Assembly: GCA_963675745.2 (NCBI GenBank)
Contig: CAXXWX010000007.1
Span: forward strand, 32,001 to 96,000
Source: Phycisphaerae bacterium
Lineage (GTDB): Bacteria > Planctomycetota > Phycisphaerae > UBA1845 > Fen-1342
Reading direction: 5' to 3'
Length of the DNA stretch: 64,000 nt
The notes under the pieces are model-generated. The model did not search any database, was not told the origin of the DNA, and saw nothing but the letters and a program-made list of their open reading frames with translations. Made by a program: the position numbers and the translations under genes. Each line of letters opens with the position of its first letter. Position 1 is the stretch's first letter. Of the stretch, positions 48,701 through 57,828 are shown piece by piece.

Positions 48701-49740
48701 CGCCCGCTCATCTCGCGAATCGACTGCTGCTGCTTCTTGACCAACATCCGCGCGATGTTGTCGGCCACGCGATAGTTGTTCACATCGTCGTGCGCCGGGC
48801 CGGAGATGATCAGCGGCGTACGGGCCTCATCGATCAGGATCGAGTCGACCTCATCGACCACGACATAGTGCTGCTTGCCCTGCACCTGGTCGCGGACACT
48901 GTGTTTCATGTTGTCGCGCAGGTAGTCAAAGCCGAACTCGCTGTTCGTGCCGTAGGTGATGTCGCAGGCGTACGCCGACCGACGCTGCTCGACACCCGCT
49001 CCGAACGTGTCCATGTCGGCGCTGATGAACCCGACGCTCACGCCGAGCAATTCGAAAATCGGCCGGCAGAACTCGGCGTCGCGTTTCACGAGGTAGTCGT
49101 TAACCGTGACCATGTGGACCTTGAGATCCTGGAGCACCTTCATGTAGTTGGCCATGTAGCAGACGATAGTCTTGCCTTCACCCGTCCGCATTTCGGCGAC
49201 GTTGTTGTCCTCCAACACCTTGCCGCCGATGAGCTGGCATTCGAACTGCCGGTGCTCGCGAGCGCGGCGTGAGGCCTCGCGTACGCAGGCGTAGGCTTCG
49301 GCCCGCACGGCCTCTATCCCCTCGCCGTCGGCCAGGCGCTGCTTGAATTCGGCGGTCTTGGCGCGCAGTTGCTCCTCTGAAAGCTCCTTGATGCGCTCTT
49401 CGAGCGGTTCGACCTCGGTTTGCACGATATGACGCAGCGCCAGCACCACCCGGTCGTTGCGCCCGGGCATGAATTTGAACAGCAGGTAGCCTATGTAAAG
49501 CAGCCATGCGACAGCCAGCACGGCGAAGATCGGCGCCACCACCTCGCGTTGCGCCCAGCCCAGCCCGGCGGCGTCGGGGCCGATGACCAGCGCCAGAATC
49601 AGCAGCGCGATCACCAGCGTGAAGACACCCGCGAGTCCCACCAGGCGCATGTGCCGGCGCAGGCGGTACCAGAACACGGTCGACGCGCTGGTCGCATCGC
49701 GCAGGACGTCCGTGTCACCGTAGTATTTCAACCAAAGCAT
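45781..49740 (-). CDS. secA: Preprotein translocase SecA with an N-terminal two-TM extension and insertions
   Basis: [49 protein letters not shown]-terminal [17 protein letters not shown]. Confidence 0.96.
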   Translation of the reverse strand: MLWLKYYGDTDVLRDATSASTVFWYRLRRHMRLVGLAGVFTLVIALLILALVIGPDAAGLGWAQREVVAPIFAVLAVAWLLYIGYLLFKFMPGRNDRVVLALRHIVQTEVEPLEERIKELSEEQLRAKTAEFKQRLADGEGIEAVRAEAYACVREASRRAREHRQFECQLIGGKVLEDNNVAEMRTGEGKTIVCYMANYMKVLQDLKVHMVTVNDYLVKRDAEFCRPIFELLGVSVGFISADMDTFGAGVEQRRSAYACDITYGTNSEFGFDYLRDNMKHSVRDQVQGKQHYVVVDEVDSILIDEARTPLIISGPAHDDVNNYRVADNIARMLVKKQQQSIREMSGRVAELEKSPPTHLKGDAKFESGLRKFRADPLWLSSDEAEAIGLLQYFVVELDRKSAHMTEHGAKAAQQELSIGTFYDSKNMNWPHYIDNALRAHLAYQKDKEYVIQDDTIVIVDEFTGRLMTGRQWSDGLHQAVEAKERVTIKQETQTLATITLQNLFKLYEELAGMTGTAMTEADEFMKIYDLEVIAIPTNQPIRRIDFNDKIYKSVGSKYDAIVEEIRSHCQEGCPADPISLEDTLKLARSTLREAKYKGETDAQIDEQIAIISDAVADSENEQGQREAYTRIMGGELSGRPILVGTASVENSEKLSKLLAQRYGLDHEVLNAKNHAREAEIIAKAGFQHEEMRGKKKRMVGNVTIATNMAGRGTDIRLGPGVAALGGLHVVGTERHESRRIDNQLRGRCGRQGDAGSSRFFLSMEDDLLRLFMGEWMLKMLNLIGFQEGMAIEDRRLSRGIEKAQKKVEERNFGIRKNLLDYDEVMDHQRKTFYQQRQQVVEGRGLSELIWDAIDETVADAIERYYDPRYAAHCVAEWVGQNLGANINEDKIDPSDFSTLSEEVRDLASYEVRSLVQRTFGEYVDTDAQPDDWDIRGLSQWAGSYGLNLTQNQIRKGDPADLLDQITEAAAAKVAETDFSPLQIYADPLLPKTRLVQWARDKFDVEIPLDDIAGALRENAQEIIREKMRAAYRQREIEYPVSAVIDFALQRGGSNALEVCQLLARWANRKYRADWTYEHFQGKTPEQIFNELRAVNEEYLVNGKLDGEIEEALKQHTGDALTNWARERFGAVMDGNPLDFDHDLAPQLQERGYQMLRFELTQLERYVLLSTLDGVWKDHMYAMDLLRHGIGLRGYAERDPKIEYKREGTRLFNEMLENIRERVTDLIFKVRIAGFGADDGGEGGGVAARTPPEPSGTASKQDATNMALSSAAADQDAAMRKQGEAGQAQTIRREFPKVGRNDPCPCGSGKKYKQCHGKKS

Positions 49741-49915
49741 GAGGCCGGTATCTCCGAATCCTGGGTCGCGGTCGCCGCGCCTGGCAGACCGCCGCAAGAT
49801 GCGACATCGCGTCCGCCCCCCGTGGCGGACGTTGGACTTCGAGGCAGTTTCGCTGATCTACGTCGGCCACGGGGGGCCGACACTACCGCTGCGGTCGCTG
49901 CCATCGCGCTCGCCG

Positions 49916-50488
49916 CTAGCCCTTGGCCCGCTCGATGTACTCACCCGAGCGCGTGTCGATGCGCAGCACGTCGCCGATGCCGATGAAGGGCGGCACCTTG
50001 ACTTGCAGGCCGGTCTCCAGGGTGGCGTCTTTGTTCTGGTTGGTCGCCGTGGCGCCCTTGATCGCGGGCGTGGTGTCGGTGACCGCCAGCTCGACGGTGT
50101 TCGGCAGTTCGACCGCGACCAGCTCTCCGTCGATGAACTGGCAAGCTATGACCTCGTTGCCCTTCAAGTACTGCTCGCCGCCCTCGATGACATCGACCGG
50201 GATGTTGATCTGGTCGTACGTCTGCTGGTCCATCACAACAAAGCTGTCGGCGTCGCGATAGAGATACTCAAACGGCTTGGACTCGACGTACGGCGTCTCC
50301 ACCTTGTCATCGACCGAGAAGCGCGCGTCGGCAAGCTGGCCGGTCTTGATGTTCTTGAGCTTGGCCTGGATGTAACTGCGCCAGTTGCCCTTGGCCACGT
50401 GCTGCACGGTGTGGACGCGGAACAGCCCGCCCTCATAGCTGACGACCTTGCCCTTCCGCAGTTCGCTGGCTTTTATCATCTCGGTCAT
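49916..50488 (-). CDS. efp: Elongation factor P
   Basis: YLYRD, LETG..VKVP.FI..GD..RIDTR.G.Y..R; start MTEMIK. Confidence 0.93.
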   Translation of the reverse strand: MTEMIKASELRKGKVVSYEGGLFRVHTVQHVAKGNWRSYIQAKLKNIKTGQLADARFSVDDKVETPYVESKPFEYLYRDADSFVVMDQQTYDQINIPVDVIEGGEQYLKGNEVIACQFIDGELVAVELPNTVELAVTDTTPAIKGATATNQNKDATLETGLQVKVPPFIGIGDVLRIDTRSGEYIERAKG

Positions 50489-50630
50489 GCTCCTGTACTC
50501 TCGCCGATGTCCAACGCCACCAGCCCCGTGGCGGTGTGACGACCGGACGTGATCGCTCTTCTCATTTAGAACCCGGAAGTATACCACATCCCGCGTGCCG
50601 CGCCGACGCTGGGCGGAAGGCGTGTGTCGC

Positions 50631-51000
50631 ACATTGGCGTGTAAAGCACTTGCCGGCGGTTGCCGCCGCGTCACCCCCGCGTGACTTGCCCCGCATTTAA
50701 CTCCAGCCCGGCGCGGAATGCTCAGCAGCGTCGACGCCGGCGGCCACCATGCAGTTTCAGGCTTGTGCTGGTGCGAGATTCCTATCTCGCACCCACCCAC
50801 GCGGGAATCCGTTCCCGCTTGCTCAGACTGCGGTCCCGCCGGGGGAACGTGCGAGAAGGGATTCTCGCACGAGCGGACATCGGCGTGTAAGGCACATGGC
50901 GGCGGCTTCCGCCGCGTCACTCCCGCGTGACTTGCCCCGCATTTAACTCCAGCCCGGCGCGGAATGCTCAGCAGCGTCGATGCCGGCGGCCACCATGCAG
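50631..51000. repeat. 124-bp direct repeat (50631-50754 and 50877-51000) flanking a REP-like insert
   Basis: Near-identical copies 246 bp apart; the spacer holds the hairpins GTGCGAGATTCCTATCTCGCAC and GTGCGAGAAGGGATTCTCGCAC. Confidence 0.85.
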
Positions 51001-53181
51001 CTTGAGGCCCGTCAGAGTCACCGCAATCAGTGGCACTGCCAGGTATGCGCCGTCGCCGCAATTGGGCAGGTCGGCCATCAGGCCGTCGAGCGAATCGAGC
51101 AGGTACTCCGCAAGCACCAGCTCCAAGTAATCGCCGAACTGCTCCTGCGTCAGCCCGGTGCGCCCTTCATCCTCGGTGATCGGCCGCTTCACGCGGTCGA
51201 ATCGTACCGTGGCGTTGATCGTTTCGGGTGGTTGCTGCACCGGTACCGAATTCTCGTCCAACTCGTATTTGATCTTCAGGAGGCTGATATCGGCGGAGAA
51301 GTACTCATCGGGCGTACTTTGGCAGAACGTGGCGTTGTTGACCGCATAGTGCGTCTCCGCGCTGATGTATGTACCGCCGGTGCCATCATCTTCCTGGTTC
51401 TTCCAGAGCCAATTGCCGGTGAAGCTCCTTTGCGAGGGGTCCAGGTTGATGACCTGACTGACCTCGGCCAGGTCGTCGGCGACTTCGGGCGAATTCGGCC
51501 GGGCCGTCGTGAATCGCATGATCTCGACAAACAGCAACTGCTCGTATTCGCTCTTGGCGGGATCGGGCTCTTTCGGCGGCAGGCCAAACCACATGCTGTC
51601 CAGGTCGCCGGCATGGTTGAACCGCAGCAAGACGTGCGCAACGTCGTCATCGGCGTCAAACTTCGTGTACCAGCACCCGGTCAGGCGGTTACACGGGTTG
51701 TTGTCCTGACGCTCGACGTACATGCGGATGGCCCCCCAGGATTGTGACCGGTCCTTCGCCGGACGCAGGAACACACCCGGCTTGCCTACCAGGCAGTCCG
51801 CTGCGCCGCAGTGTTGAATCTCCACGCCTTCGAACGTGCGCAACTGGCGAAATGCGTTGACATCCATCAGCGGCCACCAGAAGAGGTTCGTGTAGTCGGC
51901 GGGGGCGCGGCCCTGGTTCACATCCAGGTACTGCAGCAGCGGCGATGTTCTCTTGAGGTTGAGCGAGTTGCGCAGGTGCCACAGATTACCGCGCAGCTCG
52001 AGCGCTACCGAGTGCGCCGGCCGAACGAAGAAACGGTCGGGCCCGGCAGGCATTCCGTAGGTCTCCGGCCAGAAACAGAACGCCGCGTTGTATTCGTAGT
52101 CGTATTTGCTCTCGTCGAGCTTTTCCTCATTCATTCGTCCGACGATCAGGTTGAGCGCCTCGGCGCTGAGCAGGTTCTGGGATGGATCGCTGTCGGGGAT
52201 TTTCTCGAATCCGCCGACGTCGTCGAAGAACGTTCCAAGCAGCGCCTGAATCTCGCGGTCATCGTCGAGATAGAGGTCCGAGGCGGTGCGCGGCGAGATC
52301 TTGATGCTGGGGTACTTTGCCAGCACACGTGTCTTGTACATGTTGAAGTCGCAACCGCGCGCGGCGAATTGCTCGAGCATGTAGTAGCGCGTGCCCACAT
52401 GGCACTGCTGTGCCCAGAACTTGGGCTCGGCGACAGCGGTACCGCTGAAGTGCTCGATTTGAAACACTGCCGTCGCGCCGTCATCCTCCAGCGCGACCAC
52501 ACCACCGGTCGCGTACGCCAGGCTCGGATCGTCGCCGGGGAAGTACAGCTCGATCGGCGCATCATCTTCCGTCCACGGTTCGGGCAGCGGCACGCGCAAT
52601 GTCAAAGGGCTGTCGAACGTCAGGCCGCTCGGCTGGAGTACGACACCGGCCACAACGCCCTCGGGCAGCGCTTCGAGGTGCTCATCGTCGAGCGGAATGA
52701 CACCGATTGTGGCATCCTCGCTGAGCGCATCGGGTGGGATCTCAAGTGTCATGCCGGAGTCGTGCGTGATCGTCCCGCCTTCGGCCGCCGCAATGAACTT
52801 GCTGACGCCGTTATTAGGGTCTACGTCAGTCGGTGGCGGGTCGCCGGGAGTCGCATCGTTCGGATCGTCGTTCGGCGCGTCATTCGGATCGTTAGCTTGG
52901 TCACCGGGAGAGTCCGCGGAACCGTCGCCGTCACCGCCGTCAGTGCCGTCACCGCCGTCACTGCCGTCACCGCCGTCCGTACTGCCGGAATCTCCGTCCG
53001 GCGCCTGCGTGGTGGGTTCGTTCTGCTCGGCCGGTGTTGTGTCGCCGGCATCGATGCCATCGGGCGGCAGCTCGGTCGGATCGGCGCAACCGACCACGAG
53101 CATGGTGCCCAGGATCAGGATCAAGCCCAGCGCCAGCGGGCGCGTGACGGCGTGGTTGCGGGTAATACTCAATGACATCAT
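50968..53181 (-). CDS. Hypothetical surface lipoprotein with a ZU5-like domain and a C-terminal sorting signal
   Basis: LVVGC lipobox, DGGDG repeats, GG.I....L.IPP.AL...L.P.G..F..P...HFS, ends PNCGDG-hydrophobic-RRHRR. Confidence 0.7.
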   Translation of the reverse strand: MMSLSITRNHAVTRPLALGLILILGTMLVVGCADPTELPPDGIDAGDTTPAEQNEPTTQAPDGDSGSTDGGDGSDGGDGTDGGDGDGSADSPGDQANDPNDAPNDDPNDATPGDPPPTDVDPNNGVSKFIAAAEGGTITHDSGMTLEIPPDALSEDATIGVIPLDDEHLEALPEGVVAGVVLQPSGLTFDSPLTLRVPLPEPWTEDDAPIELYFPGDDPSLAYATGGVVALEDDGATAVFQIEHFSGTAVAEPKFWAQQCHVGTRYYMLEQFAARGCDFNMYKTRVLAKYPSIKISPRTASDLYLDDDREIQALLGTFFDDVGGFEKIPDSDPSQNLLSAEALNLIVGRMNEEKLDESKYDYEYNAAFCFWPETYGMPAGPDRFFVRPAHSVALELRGNLWHLRNSLNLKRTSPLLQYLDVNQGRAPADYTNLFWWPLMDVNAFRQLRTFEGVEIQHCGAADCLVGKPGVFLRPAKDRSQSWGAIRMYVERQDNNPCNRLTGCWYTKFDADDDVAHVLLRFNHAGDLDSMWFGLPPKEPDPAKSEYEQLLFVEIMRFTTARPNSPEVADDLAEVSQVINLDPSQRSFTGNWLWKNQEDDGTGGTYISAETHYAVNNATFCQSTPDEYFSADISLLKIKYELDENSVPVQQPPETINATVRFDRVKRPITEDEGRTGLTQEQFGDYLELVLAEYLLDSLDGLMADLPNCGDGAYLAVPLIAVTLTGLKLHGGRRHRRC

Positions 53182-53362
53182 TGTCCCTCCGCTACTCGAG
53201 TGCGCTGCGGGCTACGTGCGGTCTGTGTCGAATCGGATTGGTCGGAATGCAACATGAAGGCGAGTTCATCTGATTAGCCCTGGATCACCGCCGTTCGCAC
53301 GACACCGATGTGCATCCCAGGTGCCATCGTACCCGCGATGGCGCGACGTTGGCAAGCAAAAC

Positions 53363-53448
53363 TGTGCTGGTGCGAGATTCCTATCCTGTGCTGGTGCGAG
53401 ATTCCTATCTCGCACCTACCCACGCGGGAAGGGATTCCCGCACGAGCG
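53363..53448. repeat. REP-like element of the same family as 50764-50876, with an internal 24-bp tandem duplication
   Basis: TGTGCTGGTGCGAGATTCCTATC twice, then ...GCGGGAAGGGATTCCCGCACGAGCG. Confidence 0.8.
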
Positions 53449-53464
53449 CCTTCACACGCGTGCG

Positions 53465-55834
53465 CTATGGGCCGAGCAAGTCGGCCGCGAAAGCCGCGAA
53501 GTCGCTTGCGTCCACGTCGGTGTCGGCGTCGAAACGCATGGCGGCACAGGCGGCGGTTGCTGGTTCATCGGGGCCGGCGAAACATGCCTGAAGCGCAGCG
53601 AAGTCGATGACGTCCACGTCGCCGTCGCAGTCACCGTCTCCCAGATTGCCGCACAGCACGTCAAAGACAACAAACGCCGCACCGCCGGCGACGCCTTCAC
53701 CGGACGGCAGCGAGCCGGCGTCGAGCGCGTCACCGACCTCGCCATCCAACGCGGCGCCGCTATTGGCCGCCGTCAGCGCATCACTGACGGACAGCGTGTA
53801 GCGATCGGCCGGCAATGGGCTCGCGGCAGTCAGCGTGGCGGTATTGGTCGGGCTGTCATACGAGAACGAGACAGCCTGCACACCGCCCGCGTCGCCGACC
53901 AGCGTGTAGTCGCCGGACGAGGTGCTCACGTCCGTGTGAAACGTGATCGTCACCTGCGTCGGCGACGCGGCCCCCTCGACAACCTCCCCCGGAGCCGGCT
54001 CTGTCGCGACGATTGTCGGCGGGCCGGGCACAAATGCCGCCACGGTCCGCCCGCTGGTCAGAATCCACTCGTCCGGATCGAGCTGCACGCTGCTGGGTGC
54101 AGTGAAGACGGGGATCACAAAGTGCTCGGGGTCGTGATCGTTGAAGACCACGTATGTGACGCCATCGATCACGATGTCGATCGGCATGGTGAACCGCTGG
54201 ATCGATGTGCTCTGCGTCTGGTCGATGTAGACCAGCACATAGTCCTGTCCGCCGACGTGGACGGTGTCCCAGCCCCAGGTGTAGTAGGGGACGTATTCGC
54301 CGTAGATCCACTCGCCGAAGAACCAGTCAAGGTCGCCGGACGGATAGAACTGCTCGCAGACAGTCTGAAAGTCCTCGGTCGTGGCGGCGCTGTACTCAAA
54401 GGCGGACCGGTAGGCGGCCAGCGCGGCGAAGAACTCATCGCTGCCGAGCACATGTCGCAGCATGTGCACGACCCAGCCGCCTTTGTCATAACTGGTGTTG
54501 CCGTCAAAGATGTCGTAGAGGCCGGTGACCTCGGCGTCGGTTACGTAAACGCTGCCGGCGCCGGTGTATTTCTTGGCGGCCATATTGGCCTTGAGCGCGG
54601 GCAATCCACTGCTGCCGGGCTTGAACTCCGCCCAGAGCGCTTCGGTGTATGTCGCGAAGCCCTCATTAAGCCAGATGTGGTTCCACGTCTTGCAGGTGAT
54701 CATGTCACCCCACCACTGGTGGCCGAGCTCGTGGACGGTGACGCTTTCAGAGAACGTCCCCTGGGCGGTAAAGGTCTGATGCTCCATGCCGCCGCCGAAC
54801 TCGCATTCATAGATACCGTATTTCTCGTTCACAAACGGATACTCGCCATAGAGGTCGCGCAGCGTGTACAGCATGTCGACAGCTTTGTTCCAGGCCGTGC
54901 GGTTGGCCGCGGTGTTGTCCTCGGGGTAGATGTAGAACTCCACGGGCATGCTGCCACCGGCGGCCGGCGTGTACGTCTGCGACCACGTGTCGTAATTGGT
55001 CGTCGAGAAGCAGACCAGGTATGGCGTGATGGGGTAGTCGCTGGACCAGCGATACCGCGCGCGGTTGTCGGGCAGCGGGTCGATACCCAGCAACAGGCCG
55101 TTCGAGGCGGTCACCATGTCGTCCGCGGCGCTGACCGCCAGCTCCAGCGTGAACTTGTCCGAGTTGTCGCCGGGTTCGCCCCAGTCGCCATCCTTGGTCG
55201 GCCACCAGGTATATGAGTAGTACGGCTCGCTGAGCGAGTAGGTGATGTCGCCGGTGCCGTGGCTGGTGAACTCGATCGAGCCAAAGCCGCGGGACTCGGC
55301 GTGGCCGCTGTAGGCGATGGTCAGCGTGAACACCTCGTCCATGGCGTACATGCGGTCGAGCGCCGCAACGCGCGTGGTGCTGGATGGCGCCGATACGGTG
55401 ACCGGCGTGGTGCCGTTCACGAGCGCGCTGGTGATCGTGTATTGGCTGCGCAAGCGGAAGGTGCACTGGGTCAGGGCATCCGACTTGCTCTGGACGGTCA
55501 TCGTGTTGGTGCCGGCGATGTTGTCGTAGAGCTCGGGCCAGAGCTCAATCTCCAGATTGCAGTGGAGCAGGTCGGTGTCCTGAAAAGCCTCGCGCAATCC
55601 CAGCGTCACCTGGGTGTCGTATTCCGTCTGCTCCGCGGCGCGGGCCGGCTCGGCCTGATAGCGCTGCTGGAGTGCGCGCGCTTTGCCACACCCTCTGACC
55701 CGCTCAGCCGGCAACTGGTTGGCATCAGAAGCACCTGGTTCCGCCGCCCATCCGGTCGCCACCACGAGCACGCTTAGTAATGCAGATGCCCCGGCTCGCG
55801 CCGCCTTGCCACCAAGCTGATCCCCACGCACCAT
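53465..55834 (-). CDS. Secreted M1-family zinc aminopeptidase with Ig-like and dockerin-like tail
   Basis: GGMEH, HELGHQWWG, WLNEGFATY, YDKG; GDGDCDGDVD..DF and DADTDVD..DF repeats. Confidence 0.92.
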   Translation of the reverse strand: MVRGDQLGGKAARAGASALLSVLVVATGWAAEPGASDANQLPAERVRGCGKARALQQRYQAEPARAAEQTEYDTQVTLGLREAFQDTDLLHCNLEIELWPELYDNIAGTNTMTVQSKSDALTQCTFRLRSQYTITSALVNGTTPVTVSAPSSTTRVAALDRMYAMDEVFTLTIAYSGHAESRGFGSIEFTSHGTGDITYSLSEPYYSYTWWPTKDGDWGEPGDNSDKFTLELAVSAADDMVTASNGLLLGIDPLPDNRARYRWSSDYPITPYLVCFSTTNYDTWSQTYTPAAGGSMPVEFYIYPEDNTAANRTAWNKAVDMLYTLRDLYGEYPFVNEKYGIYECEFGGGMEHQTFTAQGTFSESVTVHELGHQWWGDMITCKTWNHIWLNEGFATYTEALWAEFKPGSSGLPALKANMAAKKYTGAGSVYVTDAEVTGLYDIFDGNTSYDKGGWVVHMLRHVLGSDEFFAALAAYRSAFEYSAATTEDFQTVCEQFYPSGDLDWFFGEWIYGEYVPYYTWGWDTVHVGGQDYVLVYIDQTQSTSIQRFTMPIDIVIDGVTYVVFNDHDPEHFVIPVFTAPSSVQLDPDEWILTSGRTVAAFVPGPPTIVATEPAPGEVVEGAASPTQVTITFHTDVSTSSGDYTLVGDAGGVQAVSFSYDSPTNTATLTAASPLPADRYTLSVSDALTAANSGAALDGEVGDALDAGSLPSGEGVAGGAAFVVFDVLCGNLGDGDCDGDVDVIDFAALQACFAGPDEPATAACAAMRFDADTDVDASDFAAFAADLLGP

Positions 55835-56117
55835 GCCTGACCCACTCCGCTGAGTTGCTGCCGCGCAAGATTGTCCCAGCGCATGACGCGGCGGCAGAGA
55901 GGATCTCCGCTCGCGCTGACGATTCGCGGCGGTCGGAGATTCGCGCGTCAGGCGGCTGCACTGTCGATCCTATCGAATCAGACCCCCGTTAGTAAACGCC
56001 AAGTTCCACTGGTTCGCGGTTGTCGGAGGCGACTCATGGCGATGCGATCGTGGTTGCCCCCTTTGCGCGACGGAACCCTGCACCTATGATCTGCCGATAA
56101 CTGATCTGGAGGACCGC

Positions 56118-57317
56118 ATGATTCGCACACGAACAAAGCCCCACGTGTTGGTAATCGCATCGTTGCTCGCGGTGATGCTGGTGGTCGGTGGTTGCGTGCC
56201 CAGCCTTCCGGATGATCGCACACCAGTCGCCGCGGACTACGATGCCGAGTATGTCGTGCGCGGTACCGATGGCGCCACCGCCCTCGCCGCCTCAGAGGAC
56301 GGGCACGTATTCTATGGCGAGAAGAACACGGGCGTCATCCGCGTGCTGGTTGACGGGGCGCTCCAGGCGGCGGCCTTTGCCGATCTGCCGGTGAATTATG
56401 CGCACGACCGCGGCATTCTGAGTATTGCGCTGGCGCCAGATTTCGAGGACAACCGGCGCGTGTACGTGCTGTATTCGCGATCCGACACCGGAGGCGACAC
56501 GAACGTGGCCGAGGGAATCCTCGACAACCGCATCGTGTATTTCAATGTGGCCGCCGATGGTGGGCCGGACATTGTGGCCGCCGGCGGAGAGGTCTTTGTC
56601 GCTTCGCTGCCGGCGGGACCGTTGGGCGTCAATCCCGGCGGGCGCATCGCGTTTGGTACGGACGGGCTTTTGTATGTGGCGTTGGGTGATTTCGGCCAGC
56701 CCGAACTGGTCCAGGACGACGCCCATCTGCATGGCAAACTGTTGCGGTATAACCCAGACGGAACGATTCCGGATGACAATCGTGTGAGCGGCTCGCCGTT
56801 GTACGCCCGCGGTCTGCGCGACCCGCGCGGGCTGGTGTTTGACCCACTCTCGGAGAGTGCGTTTCTCATCGACCGGCAGGCTGACGGTCGCAGCGAAATC
56901 AACGTGGTGAGCTATAACGGCAACTATGGCTGGCCCGGCGTGACCGGCATGAATGACACACCCGAGGAACAGAGCTTCGTCGATGGCGTGTCCGCCGGCG
57001 ATCCCGGCCAGGGCGACCCCACCTATATCGACCCGACGCTGGTCACCAGCAATAACCTGACGCGCGACCTCACCGGCATGTCATTCAACGTCGGCGGTCG
57101 CTACGGACCGGATACGCTCGGTGATATGTTCGTGGGCGACAGCGGCAACCGGCGCGTGGTGAACCTCACGCTTGACGCGACGCGCGGGCACGTCGTGAGC
57201 GAAGAGGAGTTTGCGCACCGCTTTCCATCGGCGATAACCGACGTGCTGGTAACACCCGCCGGCACAATGTACGTCGCGACGGAGACCGATCTCTTTCGGA
57301 TAGTGCCGGCGCAGTGA
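56118..57317 (+). CDS. PQQ-dependent glucose/sorbosone dehydrogenase-like lipoprotein
   Basis: VGGC lipobox, GGRIAFG.DG.LY..GD, GK.LRYNPDG.IP.DN, GLR.P, NYGWP. Confidence 0.85.
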   Translation: MIRTRTKPHVLVIASLLAVMLVVGGCVPSLPDDRTPVAADYDAEYVVRGTDGATALAASEDGHVFYGEKNTGVIRVLVDGALQAAAFADLPVNYAHDRGILSIALAPDFEDNRRVYVLYSRSDTGGDTNVAEGILDNRIVYFNVAADGGPDIVAAGGEVFVASLPAGPLGVNPGGRIAFGTDGLLYVALGDFGQPELVQDDAHLHGKLLRYNPDGTIPDDNRVSGSPLYARGLRDPRGLVFDPLSESAFLIDRQADGRSEINVVSYNGNYGWPGVTGMNDTPEEQSFVDGVSAGDPGQGDPTYIDPTLVTSNNLTRDLTGMSFNVGGRYGPDTLGDMFVGDSGNRRVVNLTLDATRGHVVSEEEFAHRFPSAITDVLVTPAGTMYVATETDLFRIVPAQ

Positions 57318-57331
57318 GAGCGTGGGAAAAC

Positions 57332-57398
57332 AGGGACTAAGGGAATGAGGGACTAAGGGATTAAGGCCTGGTAGCACAGCCTTTCCCTTAATCCCTCG
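57332..57398. repeat. 8-bp tandem repeat (AGGGAnTr) x4 with a complementary tail, a possible bidirectional terminator
   Basis: AGGGACTA-AGGGAATG-AGGGACTA-AGGGATTA then TTCCCTTAATCCCT, between convergent genes. Confidence 0.6.
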
Positions 57399-57412
57399 TT
57401 TTCGTTCAGCGC

Positions 57413-57682
57413 TCAGACGCCGGCCTTGGCGCGCAGCTCGGTCTCGGCGCGATACCAGTCCTCGTTGGGATCACCCGGTGCATACCCGCGCTCGCGGTAA
57501 ATCTCGTACGCGCGATTGCGCACCTGCTCCTCGTCGAGCGTTGCCGCTTTCGCCTTGCGCGCCGTGGTCGCGCCGGTTTTTGCTGGCGCGCGCTTGGTAG
57601 CGGTTCCCTTGGCGGCGGTGCCCTTGGCGGCCGCCTTCTTGGCGGGCGTCTTCTTGGTCGTCCTCTTGCTCGTCTTGGCCAT
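57413..57682 (-). CDS. DUF2934-like protein with a Lys/Ala-rich N-terminal tail
   Basis: EQVR.RAYEIY..RG...G....DWY.AE.EL; GGAGG RBS before MAKTSK. Confidence 0.85.
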   Translation of the reverse strand: MAKTSKRTTKKTPAKKAAAKGTAAKGTATKRAPAKTGATTARKAKAATLDEEQVRNRAYEIYRERGYAPGDPNEDWYRAETELRAKAGV

Positions 57683-57828
57683 TTCGAACCTCCGTGTCAT
57701 GACGCTCTCGGCGTCGCTCCGGTTTATCGCGACATTCCAGCCCGACTCAGGGTCTGGAGCTGTCTTGCACATTCACGATTGTTTTGCCGGTTAGCCCCCG
57801 TGGCAAGCACCCGGCCTTCAGGGCGGGT

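Noticed and set aside
50930..50975. Cys-TGA followed by a hairpin as a selenocysteine site
   Set aside because: It follows a complete sorting-signal tail, the read-through is short and non-redox-like, and the hairpin belongs to a duplicated repeat
50489..51061. N-terminal extension of EF-P (381-aa ORF)
   Set aside because: The extension is the translated 124-bp duplication; an RBS-like GGAG precedes ATG 50488
47536..55216. Long antisense ORFs (e.g. 47536-49272, 51811-53175, 53321-55216)
   Set aside because: Shadow frames of real high-GC genes with no recognisable motifs
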